From Lachnospiraceae bacterium UBA7182 (lineage in GTDB: Bacteria > Bacillota > Clostridia > Lachnospirales > Lachnospiraceae): a DNA stretch of 64,000 bases. Positions within the stretch are counted from its first letter, which is position 1. The number at the start of each line of letters is the position of its first letter. Positions 53,806 through 63,852 of this stretch are shown here, piece after piece. Both the position numbers and the translations under genes were made by a program. The stretch is from the NCBI GenBank assembly GCA_002491115.1, contig DKVI01000071.1, positions 4,618 to 68,617 of the forward strand, in the 5' to 3' direction. The notes beneath the pieces were generated by a model. It was not told where the DNA came from, did not search any database, and saw only the letters and a list, made by a program, of their open reading frames with translations.

Positions 53806-55229
53806 GCTTTGTCCTCCCTGTCTTCTTTTTTGCCAAACCGCAGGGCAACAGCAGTCCCTCTTCCGGGAGCGCTGAATATTTTCCATCGGATTTTATGGAC
53901 AGCCAGAATCCTGCTTATAAGCGTCATGCCAAGGCCTGCGCCGCCTTCTTTTCTGGCACGGGATTTGTCAACCATATAAAATGCTTCAGTGATGCGGGAT
54001 ACATCCTGCTGTTCCATACCGCATCCGTTGTCGATCACGCAGAAAAGGTACTGCTCCCCATACTGCTTTCCCCTGATCTGAATTACGTCCCCTGGTTCTA
54101 CGGCTTTTGCCGCGTTATCCAGAAGGTTGGTAAATACGGAGATTAAAAGATCCTTCTCCCCCTGCACCAGCGTTTCTTCATAGTCCTTATTTAAAAGGAT
54201 CAGTTTTTCCCGCCTTTTGATTTCCGTAATCTGTACCGCTTCCTCCACCAGCTTCGTCAGCGAAAGGGGACGAAAGGCGTAATCCTGCCTGTCTGTCACA
54301 ATCAGTTCCAGAAGTTTAAAGGACAGGCTTTCCAGCCGCTTCCCCTGATGAAAAATATAATTGACGGCTTCTAACATCTCCTCTTTGGTACATTCCACCG
54401 TACGGAGCATATCCGCATATCCGATGATGGAAGTCAGGGGCGTTTTCAGCTCGTGGGCAAACGAGGCGGTAAAATCCTCCTGGCGTCTGGCCTGCATGGC
54501 CAGCTCGTCGATCTTCTCCGAGATCGTATCCGCCATATCGTTAAAATCGTAGGCAAGCTGCGCAATCTCATCACCGCCTTTCTCTGCGGCGCGTACCTCA
54601 TAATCTCCTTTTGCAAAACGCCGGGTGGTCTGGGAAAGCGATGCGATGGAGCGGGTCAGCATATGGGTAACAACAAATACAACGACTGTAACCACAACTG
54701 CCAGGATCAGCATGATCATCGTATACCAGTCATAATAATTTTCACGTTCTGTATAGACATCGGAAATATTTTTGATATTTTCCAGAAAATATTCCTGCCT
54801 GTCCACAACGGAACGGCAGGCAAATACCAGATATGTCATATCGTCTTCCCGGACCAGTTGGTATCCGCAGGGCGTATCCTGATTCAGTTGATCCAAAAGG
54901 GTATTCTGAAAAACAACCTGGCTGTAATTCTCATATAAAAGCTCACGGGAGCTGTTGTAAATTCTGTAAACAGTGCCGTTATTGGACAGATTTTCTATCA
55001 CGGAGGAAGCCGTAACGGGTATGATCTCTTCGTTTCGGTAGAGCTTATCCAAAGCGTTCATATTCATTTCAAAAGAAAGCTGAAACATCCGGTTCTCCCG
55101 TTCGTTTTCCTCCAGTGCTCTTTGACAGGATTTTTCAAAAGAAAGCTGAATCATCCAGGTACCGAAAAGGCCAAACGATAAAAGCAGAAGGATCGTGAAA
55201 GAAAAATAGATCTTCCAGAAAAATTTCAT
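53802..55229 (-). CDS. sensor histidine kinase (HAMP + HisKA + HATPase)
   Basis: Two TM segments flank an extracytoplasmic domain of ~140 aa. H-box FAHELKTPLTSI, N-box NLLDNAAKA, G-boxes DNGCGM and GAGLGM. Confidence 0.9.
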   Translation of the reverse strand: MKFFWKIYFSFTILLLLSFGLFGTWMIQLSFEKSCQRALEENERENRMFQLSFEMNMNALDKLYRNEEIIPVTASSVIENLSNNGTVYRIYNSSRELLYENYSQVVFQNTLLDQLNQDTPCGYQLVREDDMTYLVFACRSVVDRQEYFLENIKNISDVYTERENYYDWYTMIMLILAVVVTVVVFVVTHMLTRSIASLSQTTRRFAKGDYEVRAAEKGGDEIAQLAYDFNDMADTISEKIDELAMQARRQEDFTASFAHELKTPLTSIIGYADMLRTVECTKEEMLEAVNYIFHQGKRLESLSFKLLELIVTDRQDYAFRPLSLTKLVEEAVQITEIKRREKLILLNKDYEETLVQGEKDLLISVFTNLLDNAAKAVEPGDVIQIRGKQYGEQYLFCVIDNGCGMEQQDVSRITEAFYMVDKSRARKEGGAGLGMTLISRILAVHKIRWKIFSAPGRGTAVALRFGKKEDREDKA

Positions 55230-55239
55230 GCGTATCCTC

Positions 55240-55893
55240 CTATATCTCCAGCCGGTAACCGATCTTATAAACGGCGCAGATACGTTTGTCCCACTTAAGT
55301 TTTTTCTTTAACCGCTGCACATGCAGGTCCACGGTGCGGCTGTCTCCTGTATACTCTTTCTCCCACACCTGTTCATAGATAACCTCCCGGTATAAAGCGA
55401 TGTTGGGATTTCTGGCAAAAAAAAGCAAAAGCTCATATTCCTTCAGGGTCAGAAGGATCTGCTTTCCTTCCTGCAATACAGTCCGGGAGGTCAGGTCAAT
55501 TTCTACGTCCAGAATCCGGATGATTTTTCCGATCTTATTGTAGCGGCGAAGAACCGTCTCCACCCGGGCCAGCAGTTCCACGATTTCAAAGGGTTTGCAT
55601 ATATAATCTTCGGCGCCCATGCGAAGTCCGGTTACTTTATTGTCCGTGGTTCCCATGGCGGTGATAAAGATCACGGGAAGTCCCAGCGTTTTGGCATATT
55701 CCATCAGTTCATAACCGCTGATCTTAGGAAGCATAATGTCCAGAAGCAGCAGGTCATAATGCTCCTCTTCCATTAAGTTTGCCGCCTCTTCTCCGTCATA
55801 CGCGCAGGTACATCCGTATCCTGCTTTCTTCAGATTCATGGAGATCAGTTTCGCGATCGGTTCCTCATCTTCTGCAATCAGTATTTTTAACAT
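55240..55893 (-). CDS. OmpR-family response regulator
   Basis: ILIAEDE, LLLLDIMLPKISG and KPF, plus a winged-helix LTLKEYELLLFF...KIGYRL. Confidence 0.9.
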   Translation of the reverse strand: MLKILIAEDEEPIAKLISMNLKKAGYGCTCAYDGEEAANLMEEEHYDLLLLDIMLPKISGYELMEYAKTLGLPVIFITAMGTTDNKVTGLRMGAEDYICKPFEIVELLARVETVLRRYNKIGKIIRILDVEIDLTSRTVLQEGKQILLTLKEYELLLFFARNPNIALYREVIYEQVWEKEYTGDSRTVDLHVQRLKKKLKWDKRICAVYKIGYRLEI

Positions 55894-56028
55894 AGTACCC
55901 TGTATCCCCCTCTTTTGTTAATTTAAGGATATAATCGGTTTGCATCAAAATTGTATCTGTCTATTAGATTTTCTTTCATTAAAAAAAGTTGCATTTTTAT
56001 GCGTATTATGGATTGCGGGTTTAAGCAA

Positions 56029-56058
56029 ACAGACAGACCGCGGAAGCGGTCTGTCTGT
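56029..56058 (-). terminator. hairpin terminator downstream of the anti-sigma gene
   Basis: ACAGACAGACCGC-GGAA-GCGGTCTGTCTGT is a perfect 13-bp stem. Confidence 0.65.
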
Positions 56059-56067
56059 ATCTTCTTC

Positions 56068-57093
56068 TTAAAAATCGATTCTGTCTTCTCCCATTAAAAG
56101 CGCCGTTACGCGGGATGCGTCCACTACTTTATCAAAAGATAAGGTCATATGATACTCTGACCCGTCTTCGGAGAATCCTTCTGTCAGGGGGATCATAAGT
56201 CCTTCATCCGCCACCGTCCCGTCTTCATAGCATACATCTGTGGGATACAGCTCGGTCAACTCATCCATTTGATCCAGATGGACTCCTTTGCCTGCCTCCA
56301 TGGTGCGGACATCTTCGCCATTGTAGACGATTGTCATAGAAAGAGGCGTCAGCTCCACCGACTGCACATTCACGGTATAACCGCCAAGCTGGTATGCTTT
56401 TCCAAGGCTGTGGGCGACGGCGTCGGACGCGTGGACATCCAGGGCAAAATCCCAGTTGCCGGACACCAGCACCTCTCCTTCGCCTGCTTTCTGGGCCGGT
56501 TCCCCTCTAAGAGCCGTGAAATGCAGTTCCATTTTCAGGTTATCCTCAGACTGCTCGTTTTTGATTCCATAGATTTCAAAGTACCGGCGGTTGGATACCT
56601 CCTGATCTTTCTCGGATATGAAATGCCATCCCATGCCGCTGAAGATATCTTCTTTCCCTCCCAGGTCCATGGTGTAATCCATACTGTAATCTGCAGTAAT
56701 CTCCATGGAAGGATCTTCCGCCTCCACCTCAAACAGGGCGTAGAACCGGTTCTTGTCCTGGACGGTCTGGATCGCCGTGATCGTAATACCCTGATCGGAT
56801 ACGCTCTGGGATACCTCCTGCGCCATCCGGTTCTGTGTCAGTTCCTTCTGCGTCTCTTCGTCGGACTGAAAGACTTCTTCCGCCCGCTCATTCCATTGAA
56901 AGAGTCCTGCCGCTGCCGCGGTCGTCCCAACCAGCGCAACCAGTGCAGCTGCCAGTACAATCCATCTTTTTCTCGGTGCTTTTTTCATCTTCTTTACCTC
57001 CTGCCCATCCAGTACAGACAGGGTATCAAGTACAGACCGGTGCACCCGGTCAGGCACTTCGGGAAATTCCTGGTCCCAGTTGATATGTTTCAT
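56068..57093 (-). CDS. anti-sigma factor (DUF4179-like) with an extracytoplasmic domain
   Basis: ATGA overlap with the sigma gene. Short cytoplasmic N-terminus, TM helix WIVLAAALVALVGTTAAAAGLF, and a large extracellular domain. Confidence 0.6.
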   Translation of the reverse strand: MKHINWDQEFPEVPDRVHRSVLDTLSVLDGQEVKKMKKAPRKRWIVLAAALVALVGTTAAAAGLFQWNERAEEVFQSDEETQKELTQNRMAQEVSQSVSDQGITITAIQTVQDKNRFYALFEVEAEDPSMEITADYSMDYTMDLGGKEDIFSGMGWHFISEKDQEVSNRRYFEIYGIKNEQSEDNLKMELHFTALRGEPAQKAGEGEVLVSGNWDFALDVHASDAVAHSLGKAYQLGGYTVNVQSVELTPLSMTIVYNGEDVRTMEAGKGVHLDQMDELTELYPTDVCYEDGTVADEGLMIPLTEGFSEDGSEYHMTLSFDKVVDASRVTALLMGEDRIDF

Positions 57094-57566
57094 AAGCCAT
57101 ATTCCCCCTTTAATTTTTCTTTCATAAGGTTTCTTGCCCGGTGAAGCCTGACTTTTACCGCGCTGTCTGACAGCTTTAAGATCTGTCCTGTCTCTTTAAC
57201 AGAATATCCTTCCACATAATGCAGGACAAAAGGTATCCGATACAGTTCCGGCAGTTCATTCACCGCCAGATATACTTCAGAATATCCCTCAAAACTGCTG
57301 CAGGTCTGCTCTTCCATATAATCTTCGTAGGGAACCTGTATCTTCCGACTGCGGACAATCTGATAGCTTTCATTGATCAGAATCCTGGTCAGCCATGTCT
57401 TAAAAAACGCCTCGTTCTTTAAAGTATTTAATTTGCTGTACGCCTGAAGGATTGCGTTTTGCATGGCGTCTGCGCAGTCTTCGTCATCCCTTAAGATGGA
57501 CTTTGCGATATGGTACAGGCTTTTCTCCGCCTTTAATACCTCTGCTGTAAATTCTTTCCTGGTCAT
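57090..57566 (-). CDS. ECF-type RNA polymerase sigma-70 factor
   Basis: Region 2 (DAMQNAILQAYSKLNTLKNEAFFKTWLTRILINE) and region 4 (YRIPFVLHYVEGYSVKETGQILKLSDSAVKVRLHRAR). Confidence 0.85.
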   Translation of the reverse strand: MTRKEFTAEVLKAEKSLYHIAKSILRDDEDCADAMQNAILQAYSKLNTLKNEAFFKTWLTRILINESYQIVRSRKIQVPYEDYMEEQTCSSFEGYSEVYLAVNELPELYRIPFVLHYVEGYSVKETGQILKLSDSAVKVRLHRARNLMKEKLKGEYGL

Positions 57567-57615
57567 TGTTTTGTTCTCCTGTCGGTTCCGGAACCTTCAT
57601 GGGTTTTACAATAGT

Positions 57616-57644
57616 TAGACGCAGCAGGAGGGGGAAAGGTTACA
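57616..57644 (-). promoter_or_regulatory. candidate ECF autoregulatory promoter (TGTAAC-17-CGTCTA)
   Basis: On the minus strand: TGTAAC (57644-57639), a 17-nt spacer, and CGTCTA (57621-57616), about 50 nt upstream of the sigma gene start. Confidence 0.4.
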
Positions 57645-57678
57645 GGCTTTTTAGAAATTATAAAATCTTATACAGGTT

Positions 57679-59736
57679 CTACAGGCTTAAGCTTTCTTCA
57701 CTTTGCGCCATGTAGGTTTCCAGGCGCTTTGCCAGAGGCTGATGTCCGGGAAGCATAAGGGCCGGGTCGCTGTCCAAAAGACCGGCCGCCGCCTCGCTGG
57801 CCTGTTGTAAGACGGCCGCGTCCTGGAAGATATCTCCTAGTTTAAACTCCAGGATTCCGCTCTGGCGGATGCCGAACAGATCTCCGGGGCCGCGAAGTTT
57901 CAGATCTTCGCTGGCGATATGAAAGCCGTCGTTGGAAGTATTCAGCACTTCCAGGCGCTTTTTCGTCTCTTTTCCCTTGCTTCCGCTCATAAAGATACAA
58001 TAGGACTGGTCCTTTCCGCGCCCCACGCGTCCCCGAAGCTGGTGAAGCTGGGCCAGACCGAACCGCTCCGCGTTTTCCACCATCATGACTGTGGCATTCG
58101 GCACATTGATTCCCACCTCGATGACTGTGGTGGACACCAGGATCTGAATCTGCCCCCGGGCGAACTGCTCCATAATTTCATTCTTTTCTTTTGGTTTCAT
58201 CTTGCCGTGGAGGCAGGCGACCTTAAACCGGGGCAGTATTTTTTGCAGCTTCCCGGCATAATCCGTGACATTTTCCAGCTCCAGCATATCGTTTTCTTCC
58301 ACCATGGGACAGATGATATAAATCTGATGCCCCGCGTCTGCTTCTTTTTCCATAAAACGGTAGGCGCTCGGACGATAGGATTCGTCCACCACACAGTTTT
58401 TAATCGGCAGGCGGTTCGCCGGAAGCTCATCCACCACAGAAATATCCAGATCCCCATAGACAATGATCGCCAGCGTGCGGGGAATCGGCGTGGCGCTCAT
58501 AACCAGCACATGGGGATGACGTCCTTTACCGGAAAGTGATTCCCTCTGGCGGACGCCAAAGCGGTGCTGTTCGTCGGTCACTACCAGACCCAGGTTCTGA
58601 TAGTGTACTTTTTCCTGGATCAGCGCATGGGTTCCTATGACGATCTGCGCTTCCCCGCTCTCAATCCTGGCATATGCCTCTCTTTTTTCCTTTGCCGTCA
58701 TGGAACCGGTCAGAAGAACCGGCCGAAGCAGGATATGATGTGTTTCCAGCAGTTCTTTTATGGATTCAAAATGCTGTTTCGCCAGCACTTCTGTCGGCAC
58801 CATCAGCGCACCCTGGTATCCGCTGCATCCTGCCATAACCAGGGCAAGGACCGCCAGGATGGTCTTGCCGGAACCCACGTCTCCCTGCACCAGCCGGCTC
58901 ATGATATGCGTGCCTGAAAGATCTGACCGTATTTGTTCCCAGACTTTTTTCTGGGCGCCGGTCAGTTCGTAGGGCAGGGACGCCATCAGGCGCATGGCTT
59001 CTGCATCGTCTTTCATGGGCGCTTCGTTTTTTAAAGTAACCTGGCTTTCTTTCAGCTTACGGATTCCCAGGATAAACAGTAAAAATTCATCAAATACCAG
59101 CCGGCTCCGGGCTTTCCGCATCTTTTCTTCACAGTCGGGAAAATGTACCTGGCAGATCGCCTCCCATTCACCTTCCAGACCGTAACGCTGAAGGATATCC
59201 TCAGGAAGGTATTCCGGAATCAGCATTGTATTTCCCTCTAATACCTGTCTGACAGCTTTCGCAACCATATTTCCTGTCAGGCCTGCGGTCAGCGCGTATT
59301 TAGGCTGCATTACATGAAGCAGCTCCTCATAAGCCGCCAGCGTATAATGTTCCGGCTGGTCCATCCGGTACTGGCCGCCCCGGATATTTATGATTCCCCG
59401 GAAAATATACCGGGCCCCTCTGGGAAAATATCTCCGCAGAAAAGGCATATTAAACCAGACCGCATGGATCGTATCCTCCCCCGCCTGAAGCCGCGCGCTG
59501 AATACCTGGTATTTCTGATACCTTCGGATTTCCGATACGGACAATACATATGCCAGAACCGCGTATTTATTACCGCTTTCGATCTGCGAACACGCTGCCG
59601 GCGGATCAAAGGTGTCATACGCTCTGGGATAATATTCCAACAGATCTTTCACTGTATATATCCCTGCTTTGGCAAAGGGTTTCGCCTTCTTTTCCCCGAT
59701 ACCTTTCAGTTTTGTAATTGAATCCTGAAGCTGCAC
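57679..59736 (-). CDS. recG: ATP-dependent DNA helicase RecG
   Basis: Wedge/OB N-terminus. Helicase motifs GDVGSGKT, DEQHRFG and SATPIPRT. The QLRGRVGRG and TRG motifs are present. Confidence 0.95.
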   Translation of the reverse strand: MQLQDSITKLKGIGEKKAKPFAKAGIYTVKDLLEYYPRAYDTFDPPAACSQIESGNKYAVLAYVLSVSEIRRYQKYQVFSARLQAGEDTIHAVWFNMPFLRRYFPRGARYIFRGIINIRGGQYRMDQPEHYTLAAYEELLHVMQPKYALTAGLTGNMVAKAVRQVLEGNTMLIPEYLPEDILQRYGLEGEWEAICQVHFPDCEEKMRKARSRLVFDEFLLFILGIRKLKESQVTLKNEAPMKDDAEAMRLMASLPYELTGAQKKVWEQIRSDLSGTHIMSRLVQGDVGSGKTILAVLALVMAGCSGYQGALMVPTEVLAKQHFESIKELLETHHILLRPVLLTGSMTAKEKREAYARIESGEAQIVIGTHALIQEKVHYQNLGLVVTDEQHRFGVRQRESLSGKGRHPHVLVMSATPIPRTLAIIVYGDLDISVVDELPANRLPIKNCVVDESYRPSAYRFMEKEADAGHQIYIICPMVEENDMLELENVTDYAGKLQKILPRFKVACLHGKMKPKEKNEIMEQFARGQIQILVSTTVIEVGINVPNATVMMVENAERFGLAQLHQLRGRVGRGKDQSYCIFMSGSKGKETKKRLEVLNTSNDGFHIASEDLKLRGPGDLFGIRQSGILEFKLGDIFQDAAVLQQASEAAAGLLDSDPALMLPGHQPLAKRLETYMAQSEESLSL

Positions 59737-59824
59737 GGCTTACATTCCTCCCTGATCTGTATACTTTTTGTGAAAAAGCACCCATTGTACAGAAAAACGT
59801 CTCTGTACAACAAGTGCTTTTTAT

Positions 59825-61489
59825 TTATTCCACCGAGATTACATAATAATAGATCGGCTGTCCTCCGTTGTGTACTTCTACTTCTGTATCCGGATATTTT
59901 TCCGCGATTTTGTCCCCAAAGGCCCGGGCGTCTTCCTCGGTCACTTCCTCGCCGTAATAGACGCCTATGATCTCCGAGTCTCCATCGACCATCTCAGAGA
60001 GCATTTCCACAGCCGTGGACTGGATCGAGTTGCCTACGGCCAGGATGCCTTCGTCCCCGATCCCCATAATATCGCCCAGATGGATTTCTTTGTCGTCAAT
60101 CCTCGTATCCCGCACCGCATAAGTCACCTGGCCGGTCTTTACATTCAGGATTTCGGCATTCATACGCTGCTCATTCTCCTGCGGCGACTCTTCCGGGATA
60201 TAGTTGATCATGGCCGTGATCCCCTGGGGCACTGTCTTTGTGGGAATCACGATGATCTGTTTGTCTGTGGTCAACGAAGCCGCCTGGTTGGCCGCAAGGA
60301 TAATATTTTTATTATTAGGAAGGATGAATATATGGTCCGCATGCACTTTGTCAATGGCTTCCAGCATATCCTCCGTGCTGGGATTCATGGTCTGTCCGCC
60401 CTCAATAAGGTAATCGACGCCCAGCCCTTTGAATATCTCTCCTATACCCTCTCCGATGGATACGGAGATAAATCCCATCGCTTTTCTTTCTTCCGCCTTC
60501 GAGGCTTCTTTTTCTTTCTGCTCCTTCGCGATGCGGGAAGCGTCTTTAATCAGTTTTTCCTCATGTTCCAGGCGCATATTGTCGATCTTCATGCGGGATA
60601 AGGATCCATAAGTCAGCGCCCTTTGGATCGCCAGGCCGGGATCGTTGGTATGCACATGTACTTTGACGATATCGTCGTCTGATACCACCACGATGGAATC
60701 TCCGATGGATTCCAGGAACGCTTTAAAATCCCGCTCGGATACTTCGTCATAGGCTTTTTCCAGCATAATGATAAATTCCGTGCAGTAACCGAACTTTATA
60801 TCTGCCTCTGTCTGGGCGCTGATCCTGACAGGCGCTTCATTGCGGGCTGCCTGGAAAGAGGAATAATCGGTCTCTTTGCCGGTCAGAGCGTCATAGGCGC
60901 CTGTTAAAACTTCCACAAGTCCCTGCCCGCCGGAATCCACTACGCCGGCTTCTTTTAAGACAGGCAGCATATCCGGCGTCTTCGCCAGTACAGCCTTTGC
61001 TTCTTCCAGCACCAGCCGGCAGAACTCTTCTATATCTTCCACCGTTTCCGCCAGCTCCGCGGCCTTTAAAGCCGCTCCTTTGGCCACTGTCAGGATCGTT
61101 CCTTCTTTGGGCTTCATAACGGCCTTGTAAGCCGTCTCCACCGCCTTTTGCATGGCGTTGGCCAGGTCTATGACGTCTAACTCTTTATAATCTTTGATTC
61201 CTTTTGTAAAGCCCCGAAGAAGCTGGGAAAGGATCACGCCTGAATTGCCCCGCGCACCCCGGAGTGAACCGGAAGAGATGCTCTTTGCCAGCGTTTCCAT
61301 GGTCAGCTCTTCTATATTGCTCACCTCTGCGGCAGCGGCCGTTATGGTCAATGTCATATTGGTTCCGGTATCTCCGTCAGGTACAGGAAACACGTTCAGT
61401 TCATTAATCCATTCTTGTTTGGATTCAAGATTTTTGGTGCCGCCCAGAAACATCTTCGCAACCATCCGGGCATCAATTGTCTTAATCAC
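59825..61489 (-). CDS. DAK2-domain fusion protein (YloV family)
   Basis: N-terminal DhaL/DAK2 block VFPVPDGDTGTNM...GARGNSGVILSQ plus a DegV-like C-terminal half. Sits between asp23 and recG, as in Bacillus yloU-yloV-recG. Confidence 0.85.
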   Translation of the reverse strand: MIKTIDARMVAKMFLGGTKNLESKQEWINELNVFPVPDGDTGTNMTLTITAAAAEVSNIEELTMETLAKSISSGSLRGARGNSGVILSQLLRGFTKGIKDYKELDVIDLANAMQKAVETAYKAVMKPKEGTILTVAKGAALKAAELAETVEDIEEFCRLVLEEAKAVLAKTPDMLPVLKEAGVVDSGGQGLVEVLTGAYDALTGKETDYSSFQAARNEAPVRISAQTEADIKFGYCTEFIIMLEKAYDEVSERDFKAFLESIGDSIVVVSDDDIVKVHVHTNDPGLAIQRALTYGSLSRMKIDNMRLEHEEKLIKDASRIAKEQKEKEASKAEERKAMGFISVSIGEGIGEIFKGLGVDYLIEGGQTMNPSTEDMLEAIDKVHADHIFILPNNKNIILAANQAASLTTDKQIIVIPTKTVPQGITAMINYIPEESPQENEQRMNAEILNVKTGQVTYAVRDTRIDDKEIHLGDIMGIGDEGILAVGNSIQSTAVEMLSEMVDGDSEIIGVYYGEEVTEEDARAFGDKIAEKYPDTEVEVHNGGQPIYYYVISVE

Positions 61490-61507
61490 AATGAAGATCC
61501 TCCCTCG

Positions 61508-61864
61508 TTAATCTATCACTCTCACGCCTTCTACAAAGATGTCGATCTTGCCGATTTTCATGCCTGTAAACTCTTCTACCTTGTATTTGACAGAATCGAT
61601 CAGGTTCTCGGAGACAACAGGAATATTGACTCCATAGGACACGATGACATGAAACGCCAGATAGATCTCGTTGTTTTCGATGGCAACTTCGATGCCCCGC
61701 TTGATGCTGTCCTTCTTCAGAAGCTTCATCAGGCCGTCCCGCATGTCCAGTGTCGCCATGCCGACGATCCCGCTGCACTCAAGAGCGACGCTCCCTGCAT
61801 ATACCGCAATTACATCCGCATCGATGGAAATCTGTCCAAGATCTGTATGAATTTGTCCCTGCAT
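61508..61864 (-). CDS. Asp23/Gls24-family envelope stress protein
   Basis: 118 aa. ISIDADVIAVYAGSVALECSGIVGM and VSYGVNIPVVSENL blocks. Confidence 0.8.
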   Translation of the reverse strand: MQGQIHTDLGQISIDADVIAVYAGSVALECSGIVGMATLDMRDGLMKLLKKDSIKRGIEVAIENNEIYLAFHVIVSYGVNIPVVSENLIDSVKYKVEEFTGMKIGKIDIFVEGVRVID

Positions 61865-62021
61865 ATGAATACCTCCCGGTTATGATACATAATTATTAAC
61901 TATTATACCCGATATCCGGCAAAAATGAAATAAATTTTTGCTTTTTTATGCCGCCTCATGTCCGAGCCGCTGTCTGCATACAATACTATATAAGTAATTT
62001 CAGGCATTGGGACGGTCGTTT

Positions 62022-62168
62022 ATGAAAAAGATTCTCGGTTTTATTATGTTCTGGATCGGTGTGGGAATCTTTATCACACTGTTTTTTCCAAAAGACAGCC
62101 TGTTTTTCAGGATCTTTTTTTCTTCTGTTTTTATTCTGTGCGGATATCTCTGCTTCTCCGGCTGTTAA
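62022..62168 (+). CDS. possible small membrane protein (48 aa), unannotated in the ORF track
   Basis: MKKILGFIMFWIGVGIFITLFFPKDSLFFRIFFSSVFILCGYLCFSGC gives two hydrophobic helices. Weak RBS, no homology recognised. Confidence 0.25.
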   Translation: MKKILGFIMFWIGVGIFITLFFPKDSLFFRIFFSSVFILCGYLCFSGC

Positions 62169-62265
62169 ATTTCTGCTGCAAAACCAGTCCTGCACTTTCC
62201 GGTCACAAAGAAAAGGGCTGCCGACTCGACAACCCTTCCATGCATCCAAATTGTACGACTGCCGA

Positions 62266-62454
62266 TTAAGCTCTCTCAACTTTACCGGACTTCAGGCAAG
62301 AAGTACATACATACATTTTCTTTGCCCCGCCGTTTACCTTAACTTTTACGGATTTCACATTGGATCTCCACATTTTGCTGGATTTTCTATGGGAGTGGCT
62401 CACATTGTTGCCAAAGTGGACGCCCTTATCACAAACTGCACATTTAGCCATCAT
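62266..62454 (-). CDS. rpmB: 50S ribosomal protein L28
   Basis: MAKCAVCDKGVHFGNNVSHSHRKSSKMWRSNVKSVKV... is a canonical L28 sequence. Confidence 0.95.
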   Translation of the reverse strand: MMAKCAVCDKGVHFGNNVSHSHRKSSKMWRSNVKSVKVKVNGGAKKMYVCTSCLKSGKVERA

Positions 62455-62553
62455 TGCACCTCCTTATGCATATTTGAGCCTGTACAGACTCACAACTTTT
62501 GTCATTGTATCAGAAATTTCCATAGTTTGCAAGCGAAATTTTACTTTTTTCAC

Positions 62554-63852
62554 TCATTTTTTCACACTTCGTTTTGCGGTGTATTGTAACAATACCGCAA
62601 TCCCTCCGCACACTGCCTGGGAAAGACCTGTACTCCACCAGACGCCCGGCAATCCCGCAACCGGCGGCAGCACAAGCAAAAACACAAACAAAAGCGCCGG
62701 TTCCGCATAGACAAGAATATAGGACAACAGATTATTTTCAGACGCGTAAAACCCGGATGTGGTGATTCTCGTAAATGCGAGAAAAATGACGCCGATTAAA
62801 AACATGGGAATCACCTTTCCTGTTTCGGTCAACACAGCTTCTGAAGCCCCGAACAATGCACCGATCTGAAAACGGCACAGAAACAAAACGCCTATACTAA
62901 ATACCGCCAGAACTCCCGCCAGGCCATAGGCCATCCGCCGGACGCTGTAAAATTCCTGATCCTCTCCGGCTCCATAGTACCGGCTCATTAACGGCTGGCT
63001 GCCGTCGCCGACTCCCTGCAAAAACATATACACAATTGTCAGTGCATACGCAATACAGGCATAGCAGGCAACCGCCTGTTCGCCGCCGTATAAAATCAGA
63101 CGGCGGTTCATAAGAACCAGCGCTATGTTTGGCGTCATGGTCAGTCCAAACGGCGCTAATCCAATCTTTACAATACGGAAAAACAAACTGCCCGCATCCG
63201 GAATATGGATGCAGAACAGGGGGATTTTTCTTATATATAAATATATGATCCCCATGACCATAGTAATACTTTCCCCAATCACAGTAGCCGCCGCCGCGCC
63301 TGTGACACCCCACTGAAAAACCCATACAAACAGGTAATCCAGCAGAATATTGGTCAGAAATCCTGCAATCATAGATACCATCGCAAAGGCGGACCCGTTT
63401 AAGTTGCGGATCAGAGGAACAACGCCTGTGGAAAAGACCTGAAATACGGCTCCGAAAACAATGATACGCAAATAGTTCCTTCCCAGAGTCAGTATGTCTC
63501 CCTCTGCGCCCAGCAGCGCAAGAATGGCATCAAGAAAAACATATGACAATGCAGTTATGACAACGCTTGCAAGGAACAGGAAAGTACCTGTCGCTCCCGC
63601 GTACAAATCCGCTTTTTTCTGATCGCCTGAAGCGCCCGCGATCGAGTAAACCACCGCGCCTCCCATGCCGATTCCCGTACCGACTGCCTGCATAAGCGCA
63701 ACAACAGGGTACGCTACATTAATCGTGGAAAGCCCGGTATCCCCTATGCTGTTTCCGATGAAAAATCCGTCTATAATCGCGTATACCCCCGACAACGCGA
63801 AAGCAAGCACGGAAGGAATCACATACGAGAAAAAAGTTCTGGTTTTGCTCAT
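62554..63852 (-). CDS. MATE family efflux transporter
   Basis: 432 aa, 12 TM helices. N-terminal IPSVLAFALSGVYAIIDGFFIG motif. Confidence 0.75.
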   Translation of the reverse strand: MSKTRTFFSYVIPSVLAFALSGVYAIIDGFFIGNSIGDTGLSTINVAYPVVALMQAVGTGIGMGGAVVYSIAGASGDQKKADLYAGATGTFLFLASVVITALSYVFLDAILALLGAEGDILTLGRNYLRIIVFGAVFQVFSTGVVPLIRNLNGSAFAMVSMIAGFLTNILLDYLFVWVFQWGVTGAAAATVIGESITMVMGIIYLYIRKIPLFCIHIPDAGSLFFRIVKIGLAPFGLTMTPNIALVLMNRRLILYGGEQAVACYACIAYALTIVYMFLQGVGDGSQPLMSRYYGAGEDQEFYSVRRMAYGLAGVLAVFSIGVLFLCRFQIGALFGASEAVLTETGKVIPMFLIGVIFLAFTRITTSGFYASENNLLSYILVYAEPALLFVFLLVLPPVAGLPGVWWSTGLSQAVCGGIAVLLQYTAKRSVKK

